Below, piece after piece: positions 54,700 through 64,000 of a stretch of 64,000 bases of DNA. A program made the position numbers and the translations under genes. Under the pieces are notes generated by a model that was not told where the DNA came from, made no database searches, and saw only the letters and a program-made list of their open reading frames with translations. Each line of letters opens with the position of its first letter. The stretch's first letter is position 1. Source of the DNA: an uncultured Planctomycetota bacterium (lineage in GTDB: Bacteria; Planctomycetota; Planctomycetia; Isosphaerales; Isosphaeraceae); contig CAWJTV010000003.1 in NCBI GenBank assembly GCA_963845755.1, forward strand, positions 96,001 to 160,000, given 5' to 3'.

Positions 54700-56621
54700 T
54701 CACCGCGGGATCGCGGTCTCGGGCATCATGAGCAGGACACCCTCGTGTTGGAGGAGTTGGAGGTGCTGGAGGGCCTCCTTGATCGCGGCGACTCGACGCG
54801 GGTCGAGGTGGCGGAGGTACGGCAGGGCCAGGTCCACCAGCGAGGCCGGCTCGCCCCGGTTCGGACGGAATGCGTGAACGGCGATCCCGGGCGCGTCGTC
54901 CTTGGCCCCTGACGCATCCTCGAGGAGTTGCTCGAGGAAGTTCTTGGGTGCGGGGACAATCCGGACGTCGTAGTCGGTGAGTTTCGCCTGTCCGGCGACA
55001 TGAGCGATTGCGTCGCTGAGGCCGCCGATCTTGTCGACCAGGCCGAGCTCCAGGGCCTGCCGGCCGGTGAAGACGCGGCCGCCGGCCAGTTCATCGAGCG
55101 GCTTCTTGAGGCGGCTACCTCGGATCGAGCCGGCACGTGGCCTTTGAACACCTCGTAGACGTCGTCCATCCACGCCTGGACCCGCTGGCGCTCCGAATTC
55201 GTGAACGGGTCGCCGGAGGTCAACAAGCCGGCGTTCTCGCCCCGCTTGTAGGACTTGAACGTCACGCCGACCTTCTTCCACATGGCGCTGGTGGCCAGCT
55301 TGCCGCCCACGACGCCGATCGAGGCGGTGATCGTGGACTCGTCGGCGAAGATGACGTCCGAGGCGCAGGCGACGTAGTAGCCGCCGCTTCCGGCGACGTC
55401 GCCCATGGAGACGATGAAGGGCTTCTTGGCCTTCACGCGCTTGGTGGCGTCGAGGATGATCTCGCTGGCGACGGCCGACCCGCCGGGAGAATTGACGCGC
55501 AGGACTACGGCCTTGATGGAGGGATCCCGGGCCGCGTCGTCGAGCGCCTTGCGGACCTTCATGGAAGTGGCCCCGACCTCACCGAAGAGCGACGCCTGGC
55601 CGCCGCCCAGGGTGATCGGTCCCTCGACATGGACGATACCGACGGCGTTCTTGCTGGGGCCCTTCTTCTGACCCTGACCGAGGAGCTCACCCCAGAGCTT
55701 GAACATCGCGAAGGGTGAGGAGAGGTCGAGCGTGGGCTGCTGCTTCTGGCCGTACTTCTTGTCGAAGACGACGTCCGCGCCGTATTTCGATTTCAACATC
55801 GCCTCGAAGTCCTGGCGGTGCTCGATGTCGTCGATGAGCCCAGCCGTCCGGGCTTTCTCGGCGGTGTAGGGTCCGCCGTCGATCCACTTGCGGACCTGCG
55901 CCACCTCGACGTTCCGTCCGCGCGCGATCAGGGCGAGGGACGTCTCGAAAGTGCTGTCGAGCAGCCAGTTCTGCATCGCCTCGGCCTCGGGACTCGGGCC
56001 GTCGCGGAGGAACATCTCCGCGGCGCTCTTGTACGACCCGCAGGTGAGGAACTCCGGCCGGACGCCGAGCTTGTCGAGCAGGCCGCGCAGGTAGGGCGCC
56101 TCGCCGAAGAGCCCGACGATCCACAAGTCGGCGGTCGGGACCACGCTGAGCCGCGAGGCGCCGGAGAGGAGCACGTATTCTCGCATCGACAGGGAGTCGG
56201 CGTGGGCGTAGATCTCCTTGCCCGCGGCCCGGACCTTGGCCATGGCCTGGCGCAGCTCCTCGGCCTGGGCCATCCCGACCGAGCCCCCTTCGTGCAGGAA
56301 CACCACGGCCTTGACGATCGGGTCCTCACCGGCTTTCTTGATCCGGTCGAGTAGCTCGCGGAGCGAGGTGCCGCCGATCGCGCCGAAGGAGAACGTCTCA
56401 TCGGGGGGCAGTTCCGAGACATCCCCCGCGAGGCGGAAGACCGCGATCTTCGGCTTGGGAGGAGCCGGCTTCGCAGCCTCCTTATCCCCCTTGGCGGGAG
56501 TTCCCTTCGCCTGGACCGCCGGCTCGTCCCCGCGCACCGGGACGACTGGCCACGCAGCCAGATTCCCCATCAGGCCCGCCATCATCGCGAGTCGAAACGC
56601 CTTCCCCCGTCGCATCGTCAT
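54700..56621 (-). CDS. sppA: Signal peptide peptidase SppA, frameshift near 55130
   Basis: GSYKSAAE, LRVNSPGGSA, SMGDVAGSGGYY, GGRVFTGRQALELGLVD. Confidence 0.92.
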
Positions 56622-56779
56622 GATCCGCCTCCTGGACTTCGGAATCCCGTCGAGTTGAGTTCGCCGACCTCCTCATACGACCCGCCAGTATAACCGGCCG
56701 GCCCGCCGGTGGTTAATTGCTCTTAGCGTAAAGCTTCAGCGGCCCGCGCAGCGAGTCCGCTCCAACCGCAGGTTAAGCG

Positions 56780-57226
56780 TCAGTCCATCTCATCCCAATA
56801 CACATGGACTACCTGCGAAGTCGGATCATAAGAGACGAACGCCTGCCCCTGCGTGAACCCAGCATGGAAAGCGCCCGACTCCAGGAAACCCGTCGGCGAA
56901 CCGGCGAGGGGCGTCCACCAAACCGGGGTCGGGCCATAGATGCCCGCCCCAGATACTCTCAATCCGAACTCGCCCGGCGTCAACTTCGTGAAAGTGGCAC
57001 CGAGCAGCCCATTGAGTTGCGGCTACAGTACCTGGAATTTGAGGTAGCAGGTCGAGGTGTCGGCGAAGGTCCGGCCATACGCCTGAAGGGCCCGTATCGA
57101 TGGCACCGGCTTGACACCCAAGGTTGCCTCGAAGACTTCGACGGGCGAGCCGTATTCCTCGGGGTCGCTGCAACCCGAGGGAATTAACGCAAGCCAGACG
57201 ATCACGGCCCTGGATATAGCCCTCAT
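56780..57226 (-). CDS. Cassette: putative lipoprotein (frameshifted or interrupted near 57020)
   Basis: GGAGG RBS, LIPSGC lipobox-like sequence; continues in ORF 56780-56983, ending next to attC. Confidence 0.55.
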
Positions 57227-57320
57227 GGGATGGCCTCCCTGCTCTGTGAGCCGGCTAACGCCCAAATTCAGCGGCCCGCGCAGCGGGTCCGATGGATCGA
57301 CTTGTTAGGCCTGATGCGGC

Positions 57321-57875
57321 CTATCTCCAGACCTCCCACCATTTCTTCTCGCGGCCACGCTTCTCAAGCCTCTCGTAAGGTTCGTCGGGCCCACCGGGGA
57401 TATCCTCGTCATGTCGAAAACCCGTGAGCACCTGCGCAACCTCGACAGGAACGTCGAAGATGTAGTCCGCATGGTCCTGGCCGAGCTGCTCGGCTGTCAA
57501 GCGGTCGCGGATCGGGGCGAACACCGGTGGGAGATCGCCGTCGGTCTCGAGATGCCCGTACCCTCGCTGCAGATCGTGCGTGATGGACCACACGCGCCTA
57601 CCGTCCTTCCAGCCGCTCGCCCTGCTGTACATGACGTGCTCTTCGACGAAGCACGTGACGACTTCTCCGCCCGAGGACAGTTCAGCCAGCGGCTGTGTCT
57701 CCTCGAGATCACAACGATTCGCGAGGACCAGATACCAGCCAGTCGGAAGATCGGCACCGAGCAGCGGGGATTCTGGGACCTCCTCGTGCCGGCCCGTCCC
57801 GCGGACTCCGAGCTCACTGCGTACGGTCGCCACGTCTTTGCCACGAATCGCCAGCCAGGACAAGGAGAACCCCAT
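57321..57875 (-). CDS. Cassette: hypothetical protein
   Basis: 184-aa ORF filling the space between two attC sites. Confidence 0.75.
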   Translation of the reverse strand: MGFSLSWLAIRGKDVATVRSELGVRGTGRHEEVPESPLLGADLPTGWYLVLANRCDLEETQPLAELSSGGEVVTCFVEEHVMYSRASGWKDGRRVWSITHDLQRGYGHLETDGDLPPVFAPIRDRLTAEQLGQDHADYIFDVPVEVAQVLTGFRHDEDIPGGPDEPYERLEKRGREKKWWEVWR

Positions 57876-58052
57876 GGTGCACGCTGAACCGTACCCGCGG
57901 CCTAACGTAAAAGATCAGCCCCGCGCAGCGGGGTCCGCTGCATCGCCTCGTTAGACTGGTACAACTGTTGACATCCGCTAGGTCCCGTTTTCCGACCGTT
58001 CAGCGCGGCCTTCCCGGGGCACGCTCCGCTTTGCTCCAGCCGCCCGTCGACA

Positions 58053-58634
58053 TCACTGATGGTCCTCTCTGACCGGGATTCCTTTCGCGGCGGCCCGTTC
58101 GAGAATCTCGCCGATGGCCTCCTGGAAGAGCGTACCGAGCTCGATGGTTTGGTCCTGCCCGCCCTTCCGCGTTACGTCGAGGTAGTGTTTTCGGCTTGAG
58201 CGGCGGCCGCTGCGCTCGACCTTGGAGTGGTAATGCAACGCGAGCACGTCGTCGAAGCGGAGCGACTGATTGTTCGATCCGGGCATCGCGCTCGAGCGCT
58301 CGAAGTGGTTCGAGTCGATGATGACGCGGTCTGTCCACATCATCGGAGCGGCGAGTATCGTGGCGATGGGTCCGACAATGAGCAAAGCGTAACCGAGTCG
58401 AGCAATCCGCTTGCGGAGGAACCAGCCAACCGGCGCGGCTACAACGCCGCCGACCGCAACGCCGAGCACAATCCATGTTTCGAATCCATATGTCGAAACA
58501 TCTCCGCGCACGGTCCTCTGGATGCAGCCTGCACACGCGAGGAGGATTGGGATGGCGACGAACCACCGCCTGCTCGGCGGCGGGGAAAACCGTATGGAAT
58601 CCACGTCTTGCCTCCTGACAAACCGGTGAAACAC
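58053..58634 (-). CDS. Cassette: hypothetical membrane protein
   Basis: LLACAGC followed by two TM segments; lies between attC sites; start uncertain. Confidence 0.65.
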   Translation of the reverse strand: MFHRFVRRQDVDSIRFSPPPSRRWFVAIPILLACAGCIQRTVRGDVSTYGFETWIVLGVAVGGVVAAPVGWFLRKRIARLGYALLIVGPIATILAAPMMWTDRVIIDSNHFERSSAMPGSNNQSLRFDDVLALHYHSKVERSGRRSSRKHYLDVTRKGGQDQTIELGTLFQEAIGEILERAAAKGIPVREDHQ

Positions 58635-58726
58635 TCGAACGTCGAATCGTAGACTGGGTCGCGACCCCGCCCCCTAACGCCCCAGATCAGCGGCCCGCCG
58701 ACAGGCGGGTCCGCTGCAACGCCGGG

Positions 58727-58957
58727 TTAGGCGGGCTTCTCCGGCAACACGCAGGCCAGCCGCCGAAGTTCCGCCTCACTGACGCGGAGGCCGTGGGGCG
58801 GGAGGCCGGACTCGCGGTTGACGACCCGGGCCTTTTCCAGCGCCACCTCGAGCGCCTCCGCTTCGCTTGCGGCGGTCACGGTCACGCTCCACAAGATGTC
58901 ACTGATGCCGAGGGCGCACCCGTTGATGTTTGTGAACCCCACCCAGAACTGGCCCAT
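58727..58957 (-). CDS. Cassette: small hypothetical protein
   Basis: GGAGG RBS; stop codon TAA lies within the attC inverse core. Confidence 0.65.
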   Translation of the reverse strand: MGQFWVGFTNINGCALGISDILWSVTVTAASEAEALEVALEKARVVNRESGLPPHGLRVSEAELRRLACVLPEKPA

Positions 58958-59026
58958 CGCATCGCCTCCCGCCGCCTAACGAAAAGTTCAGCGGCCCGCC
59001 GCAGGCGGACCCGCTGCAATGACGGG

Positions 59027-59341
59027 TTAGGCCGGATTCCCCTCAACAGCCCGGAACCGCAACACGAACTCACCGACCTGGAGCTCATCCCCATCCACGA
59101 GGCTGAACGGCAGGACGACCTCCCGACCATTCAGCCGCGTCTGGTATCCCCGCTTCAGCCGACAGCACTGCAGATAGCGACCCTGGCGAGGAATGAACAG
59201 CGCGTGGTGTTTGCCGACCGTCGGGCTGTGGAGGAAGACGGTACACGCACTACAGCGACCGAGGCTCACGAAGTCGTACTCACTCCGGAGCGGGAATACT
59301 CGCCCGGTGTTGTTCCCTCCGATGACCTCAAGCCACAGCAT
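59027..59341 (-). CDS. Cassette: stand-alone FHA-domain protein
   Basis: SLGRCSAC....TVGKHHA...TRLNG...LVDGDELQVG; GAGGT RBS; stop within attC. Confidence 0.7.
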   Translation of the reverse strand: MLWLEVIGGNNTGRVFPLRSEYDFVSLGRCSACTVFLHSPTVGKHHALFIPRQGRYLQCCRLKRGYQTRLNGREVVLPFSLVDGDELQVGEFVLRFRAVEGNPA

Positions 59342-59360
59342 AGCGACCACCTCGCTTGGC

Positions 59361-59831
59361 CTAACGAAAAAGCTCAGCGGCCCGCCGCAGGCGGGTCCGC
59401 TGGATCGACTTGTTAGCCGCGCCCCTCTCTTTCGGTGTGCCGAAGATCTCGTAAAGGACGCGGTTGTCCAGTCGCCGCTCATCGTTCAGTTGCACGAATT
59501 CGGACCATGGCACCCGACGGCTGGGCGGGTGTCGCGGCTTATTCGAATCGTCGCCCCACCACCAGAGCAATGCGACCGATCCGACCGGGAAGATCGAGAG
59601 GAAGTAACCGACGAAGCGAAGCGGCACCAACCGAGCGGGGCCATCCTCACTCCCGTCAATCGATCCGCAACCGCAGCAACCGTTCGTTATGGAATAGTTC
59701 GGGAATTCGCCCACGCACCAGAGGGTGCCTTCTCCATTCGGAAGTCGGTACGCCGACTGGACCGGGAGTGCCAGGAAATCGGTGCCGGCGTCTTCTCTGA
59801 GCTTGACGGTAAGCTCTATGCAGTCGCACAT
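59361..59831 (-). CDS. Cassette: Cys-containing hypothetical protein reading through its attC
   Basis: MCDC...GCCGCG; begins 13 nt after the intron 3' end. Confidence 0.55.
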   Translation of the reverse strand: MCDCIELTVKLREDAGTDFLALPVQSAYRLPNGEGTLWCVGEFPNYSITNGCCGCGSIDGSEDGPARLVPLRFVGYFLSIFPVGSVALLWWWGDDSNKPRHPPSRRVPWSEFVQLNDERRLDNRVLYEIFGTPKERGAANKSIQRTRLRRAAELFR

Positions 59832-59917
59832 ACGTCCTACGCCGGTCGGGTAAGGAGGTGAGGTTGCCCTCACCCCCTCCCCTCAGAACCGTACGTGCGC
59901 CTTGCGACGCATACGGC

Positions 59918-60924
59918 TCAAGCCTTCTCGAACGCCCCTCGCGGGACACAGCCCAGTCCGCCAGCCTTCCTCTTGCCGTGGATCTGCCGATGGCAGTGGG
60001 CGTGCAACAACTCCAAGTTGTCGTACGTCTCACCGCCGCCTCGATTGCGCCAGATCCGATGATGAATGTGCCAGGGTTCGTCTTCGGCCTGAAGAGGCTG
60101 CCCGCACATCACACATCGACCCCCTTGTCCCTTCCAGAGATACTCGATCCGGCCTCGACCTGCCAGGGTGTGCGTCAGCTTCCAGGCCGACCTCTCCTCC
60201 AGGTAGAGTTCCCACTCCGGATCGTAGGGGTTGGCCGCACTCCGGATCTTCCTCCACCGCAGGACCTTGACCCCGGCCGCTTTCATCAGCCGGATCCGTC
60301 GCGCCGAGCCCGTGCTGTCACGGATTGTGCCCGTGAAGACCCAGTCTCGGTGGCCCTCGCGCTGGAAGTATTTCCTCTTGATCCACTTCCAGTTCTTCTC
60401 GGGATGGCGTCGGCGACACCATCTCATCAGCTTCCGGAAGATCCGATCGTCCACCGCATGGAAGATGCGCTTACTGACCGCATAACGGTGGTACATGGTC
60501 CAGCCCTTGATCTGTTGATTCAGGCGCCGGATTAAGTCGCCCGCCGTCTTGCCGCCCGAGTCGTCGATCGTCGCCTGGATCTTGGCCAGGAACGTCTTGA
60601 TGCTCCGCTTCGATGGCTTGATCAAGACCTTGCCATTAGGGAAGCGTCGCACCGCCTGTCCCAGGAAATCGAAGCCGTCCTCAAGATGGGTGATCCTGGT
60701 CTTCTCGTGGGAGAGTTCGAGACCCCGCTTTCGTAAGAAGTGTTCCACGAGGGGCTGGACTTCACCTCGCAGGAGGACCCTTGATGTGCCGGTAATGATG
60801 AAGTCATCCGCATATCGGACCAGATGGACCTTGCCTCCCGCACGCCGTCGGCGTGTGTTGCTGAAGCGCCGCTCCAGCAACTCTTGCAACCCATCCAGGG
60901 CCCGGTTCGCCAGCGCGGGGGAGA
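59918..60924 (-). pseudogene. ltrA: Group II intron RT/maturase, C-terminal part
   Basis: SPALAN, VRYADDF, GFDFLG, domain X, ANPYDPEW, HNH (HIHH...NLELLHAHCHRQIH). Confidence 0.9.
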
Positions 60925-62946
60925 TCACGCCCCCAACAATGTTGCAAAACTGTCCCTGATCCCTGACTCTGTCATTTCCAGATCGCGGCTCCGACCGAAG
61001 TATGGGCAAGGATGGCAGCCCGGGCTCGATCCCCGTCCAAGGCAGGCTGACAGCCGCGGTCTTGGAGAGGATGAGTCAACATGATTACATCTCAACGGAG
61101 GTCAGCCCTGAGCCCTCCCGTCACCCGCCATTTCGAGTTCACCCGGTTTCAGGATGAGGTGATCGCGCTGGCATACCAGGCCTTGATCCCGGTCGTTTCT
61201 CGCCACCTGGAACGGTCGCGATCGCGATCTCACGACAACGAGCAGGCCACCACAACGATGCAGGGACTCCGATCAAAGGCCAGAGGAGCTTGACCAGCCA
61301 TGCTCAATCACGATCTCTGTGTGGGGACCTATGGCCGGGTCTCCGGGGACCAACAGTCCAAGGAGGACACGATCGCCAGCCAGCTTGAGGCGATCAGGCA
61401 GCGCGTCGCGAGCGACGGCTTGGTATGCTCCCCCGAGCTGTGCTTTGTGGACGATGGCTACACCGGGGATACCCTGGTCCGCCCGGGCCTCGAACGACTT
61501 CGGGACCAGGCCGCTGCTGGGACCATCGATCGCCTCTACATTCTCGATCCCGATCGACTTTCGCGCAAATATGCCTACCAGGTTTTGATACTCGAGGAAC
61601 TGGCCCGGTGCGGCGTTGAGGTCGTCTTCCTGCGCAATCCCCTGGGTCACGGACCCGAAGAGAACCTGCTTGTGCAGGTCCAGGGCATGATCGCTGAATA
61701 CGAGCGTGCCAAGATCATGGAGCGGTGTCGCCGAGGCAAGCAGTACGCCGCCCGCCACGGCTCGGTCAACGTGCTCAGCGGCGCGCCGTATGGCTACCGC
61801 TACATCGGCAAGCATGAGGGCGGCGGCGCGGCGCGTTATCAGGTCGTGGCCGACGAGGCGCGGATCGTGCGGAAGATCTTCGGGTGGGTCGGCCAGGAAC
61901 GATGCTCGATCGGTGAGGTTTGCCGACGTCTGCAACGCGACGGCGTCCCCACGCGGACGGGCAAATCGGCCTGGGACCGCTCGGTGATCTGGTCGTATCT
62001 CAGGAACCCTGCCTACAAGGGGACGGCCGGTTTCGGCAAGACACCACGCGGGCGCCCTCAAGCCGAAGCGGCTGCGCGCGCAACGCGGCCGTCCTGAGCA
62101 GCCCCGGCGTCCTGTCTCTCGGGTCGATACATCCACGCAAGAACAAATCTTCATCGATGTCCCCGGTTTGGTGAGCGAGGAACTCTTCGGGATGGTTCAA
62201 GCTCAAATCGAGGAGAACCGGCAACGCCGGCGCGAACGGCTCCGTGGCGACCGCTATCTCCTCCAGGGGTTAGTTGTCTGCAAACGGTGCGGCTACGGCT
62301 GCTACGGCAAGCCGGTGAGCCGGGCCTCGGCCAAGGGGAAGGTCCCCTACGCCTACTACCGCTGCACCGGCTCCGACGCCTATCGTTTCGGTGGCCAGCG
62401 ACTGTGTTGGAACAAGCAGGTCCGCACGGATGTCTTGGACGCCGCCGTCTGGGAAGATGTGCGTCATCTCTTGTCCGAGCCCGAACGGGTTCGAGTGGAG
62501 TACGAACGGCGGCTGCACGGGCCGGAGACAGGCCCAGACCGCGAGGTGAAGCATCTCAACAAATTGATTGCGAATCTAAAAAAGATGATCGCTCGATTGA
62601 TCGATGCCTACGGCGAGGGATTACTTAACAAGTCGGAGTTCGAGCCAAGGATCTTGGCAGCGCACGAGCGCCTGGCCAAACTGGAGGATGAGTGTCGGCA
62701 GCAGATTGACGAGGCCAACCAGGAAGCCGAACTGCGGCTGGTGATCGGCCAGTTGGAGGAGTTCGCGAGACGCGTTTCCCACGAGTTGCAAGAGCCGGAC
62801 TGGGCCACGCGACGGGCGATCGTTCGGGCTTTGGTGAAGAAGGTCGAGATCGACGAGCAGGAGGTCCGCATCGTGTATCGGATCAGTCCGTCCCCTTTTG
62901 AGGGAGGCCCCCAACAGGGTTCTTTGCAACATTGTTGGGGGCGTGA
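60925..62946 (+). mobile_element. ~2-kb large serine recombinase element with perfect 24-bp inverted ends
   Basis: TCACGCCCCCAACAATGTTGCAAA (60925-60948) / TTTGCAACATTGTTGGGGGCGTGA (62923-62946); its removal restores the RT reading frame. Confidence 0.88.
61081..61293 (+). CDS. Small protein upstream of the recombinase
   Basis: 70-aa ORF with GAGGA upstream, ending 6 nt before the recombinase ATG. Confidence 0.55.
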   Translation: MITSQRRSALSPPVTRHFEFTRFQDEVIALAYQALIPVVSRHLERSRSRSHDNEQATTTMQGLRSKARGA

Positions 62947-63289
62947 CGATCCCCCCTTGAGGTGTGCCTTCCGTGGTGGCGAACAGGACGTGCTTCTCCA
63001 GGAACCCGGCCTTCAGCCACTTCCGGAGCACCTCCTTGTCCATGGGGATATGGTCGATCAACCAACGATGGCTGATCCGATCAAAGCAGGCTTTGATATC
63101 CCCCTCCAAGATCCAGCTCGGACCGGGCGGACCCCTGAGGATCTTGTGACACTCATCCAGGGCATCGGCACAGCAGCGTTCCAGTCGAAAGCCGTAGGAA
63201 TGGCCGTCGGCGAGGGACTCTGCGATGGGATCGAGGCCCAGCAGGTAGAGGGCCTGCATGGCTCGATCGGCCATGGTAGGAATCCCTAA
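61300..63289 (+). CDS. Large serine recombinase (frameshift near 62050; ORF runs through the right end of the element)
   Basis: YGRVS..QQ catalytic motif, RPGLERLRD, DRLSR, APYGY, LRNPAYKG, CKRCG..YYRC zinc ribbon, coiled coil. Confidence 0.9.
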
Positions 63290-63670
63290 ACCACGTCGCT
63301 GGCCGTTGCTCTTGGGAATGTAAACCCTGCGGAGCGGTTGCGGCCGATAGCCGTGCCGACGCAGGGTGCTGAAGGCCGCCGACTTGACCTCCGGCGTGTT
63401 CCAGAGGATTCCGTCCACGCCGGGGGTCCGCGCACCCGAATTACTGACGACTCGCAAGATGGCCAGAGCCCGGCCACTGTACGAGTGGGTGAGCAGGTAG
63501 ACCAGGGCTTTGGCTTTGTTCCACCTGCCCTCCCGGACTGCCTTTACGATACGCGCTGGAGCCGACGGACCGTGCGCCAGACTTTCTTCCAGGAAATGGA
63601 ATTCCAGTCGGGCGCATGGCCGGGGACCGCACCAACAGGCGTTGCCGCCTGTGCCTTATCTGCTTTGCCC
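62947..63670 (-). pseudogene. ltrA: Group II intron RT, N-terminal part
   Basis: DWNSISWKKVWRTVRRLQ, TPGVDG, RRVYIPKSNG..R.LGIPT..DRAMQ, SYGFR, EGDIKACFD, GTPQGG; frameshift near 63555; start codon unclear. Confidence 0.88.
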
Positions 63671-64000
63671 CCTGAGTCAGTTGGCCGAGGTTCTCTCGTA
63701 ACGGAAGACCCGGGGGAAGTCGGCTCCCTTTCGGGCGGGGTGATGTCGCCTGTCGGCTCAACCCCTATCCGACCGGTTAGTGGCCGGCGTTCGCTTCCTC
63801 CCTCGTCCTGTACCCGCCGCCCCATGGGCTCCTCTTGCGAGTCGCCTACCCTCGCGGGGAGGACGACGGGCTTACCACGTTCCGACGATGTGCCAAGGTG
63901 GGGAGGGTCGCCGCTCTTCGCCGGTGGTACGGCATCTGCGCCGGGGAGTTAGGAGCCCCCGGACCTGACCACGTGCCCTTTTGGCCCAAGCGTGACAGCA

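Larger units (their letters stand above)
56720..59831 (-). mobile_element. Integron-type gene cassette array (six attC sites, no intI in window)
   Basis: Related ~57-61 nt imperfect palindromes with RYYTAAC...GTTRRRY-like ends at 56720-56778 (degenerate), 57253-57310, 57900-57956, 58672-58732, 58974-59032 and 59359-59418, each separated by one same-strand ORF. Confidence 0.88.
59845..64000 (-). mobile_element. Group II intron (CL/IIB-like), 5' end outside the window, interrupted by a recombinase element
   Basis: Domain V GAGCCGTATGCG-TCGCAAGG-CGCACGTACGGTTC (59886-59919), domain VI ending ACCCGAC at 59845, RT/maturase/HNH ORF. Confidence 0.92.

Noticed and set aside
56720..59418. CRISPR or REP interpretation of the ~60-nt repeats
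   Set aside because: They are separated by whole ORFs and have attC core and inverse-core ends.
3189..63600. Widespread frameshifts as mass pseudogenisation or programmed recoding
   Set aside because: They affect many unrelated conserved genes (floA, sppA, the YbdK-family ligase, MFS) as isolated single indels with little other decay, which fits long-read consensus error better. Read polishing is needed to confirm.
59845..64000. Group IIC-attC intron
   Set aside because: The encoded protein has an HNH domain and a CL-like N-terminus, and the intron is co-oriented with the cassettes.

Overview
High-GC bacterial DNA with planctomycete hallmarks (CRTAC1/ASPIC-UnbV, DUF1571, TIGR03009-like proteins, ECF sigma factors with C-terminal extensions, a giant TPR protein); an Isosphaeraceae-like origin is inferred. 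Many otherwise intact genes carry single-base frameshifts, most likely long-read indel errors. Main finding: a minus-strand retron locus at about 3.7-9.7 kb. It runs alpha-helical repeat protein, then two tandem ~256-nt msr/msd-like ncRNA units, then SWIM zinc-finger protein, then a myxobacterial-type retron RT, followed by a possible ADP-ribosyltransferase plus a small partner gene. The two ncRNA units share a nearly identical scaffold with compensatory changes but have different 27-28 bp msd stems, each carrying a different palindrome, so one RT may make two distinct msDNAs. Second finding: at 56.7-64 kb, an integron-type array of six attC sites lies next to a group II intron whose RT is cleanly interrupted in its PQGG motif by a 2-kb large-serine-recombinase element with perfect 24-bp inverted ends. 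Also present: two toxin-antitoxin pairs, an ATPase/TOPRIM pair, ISKra4 and IS5 elements, an ECF-TolC fusion, and housekeeping genes (msrB, ferredoxin, cyclophilin, nfeD/floA, sppA). Coordinates were read by eye and may be off by a few bases.
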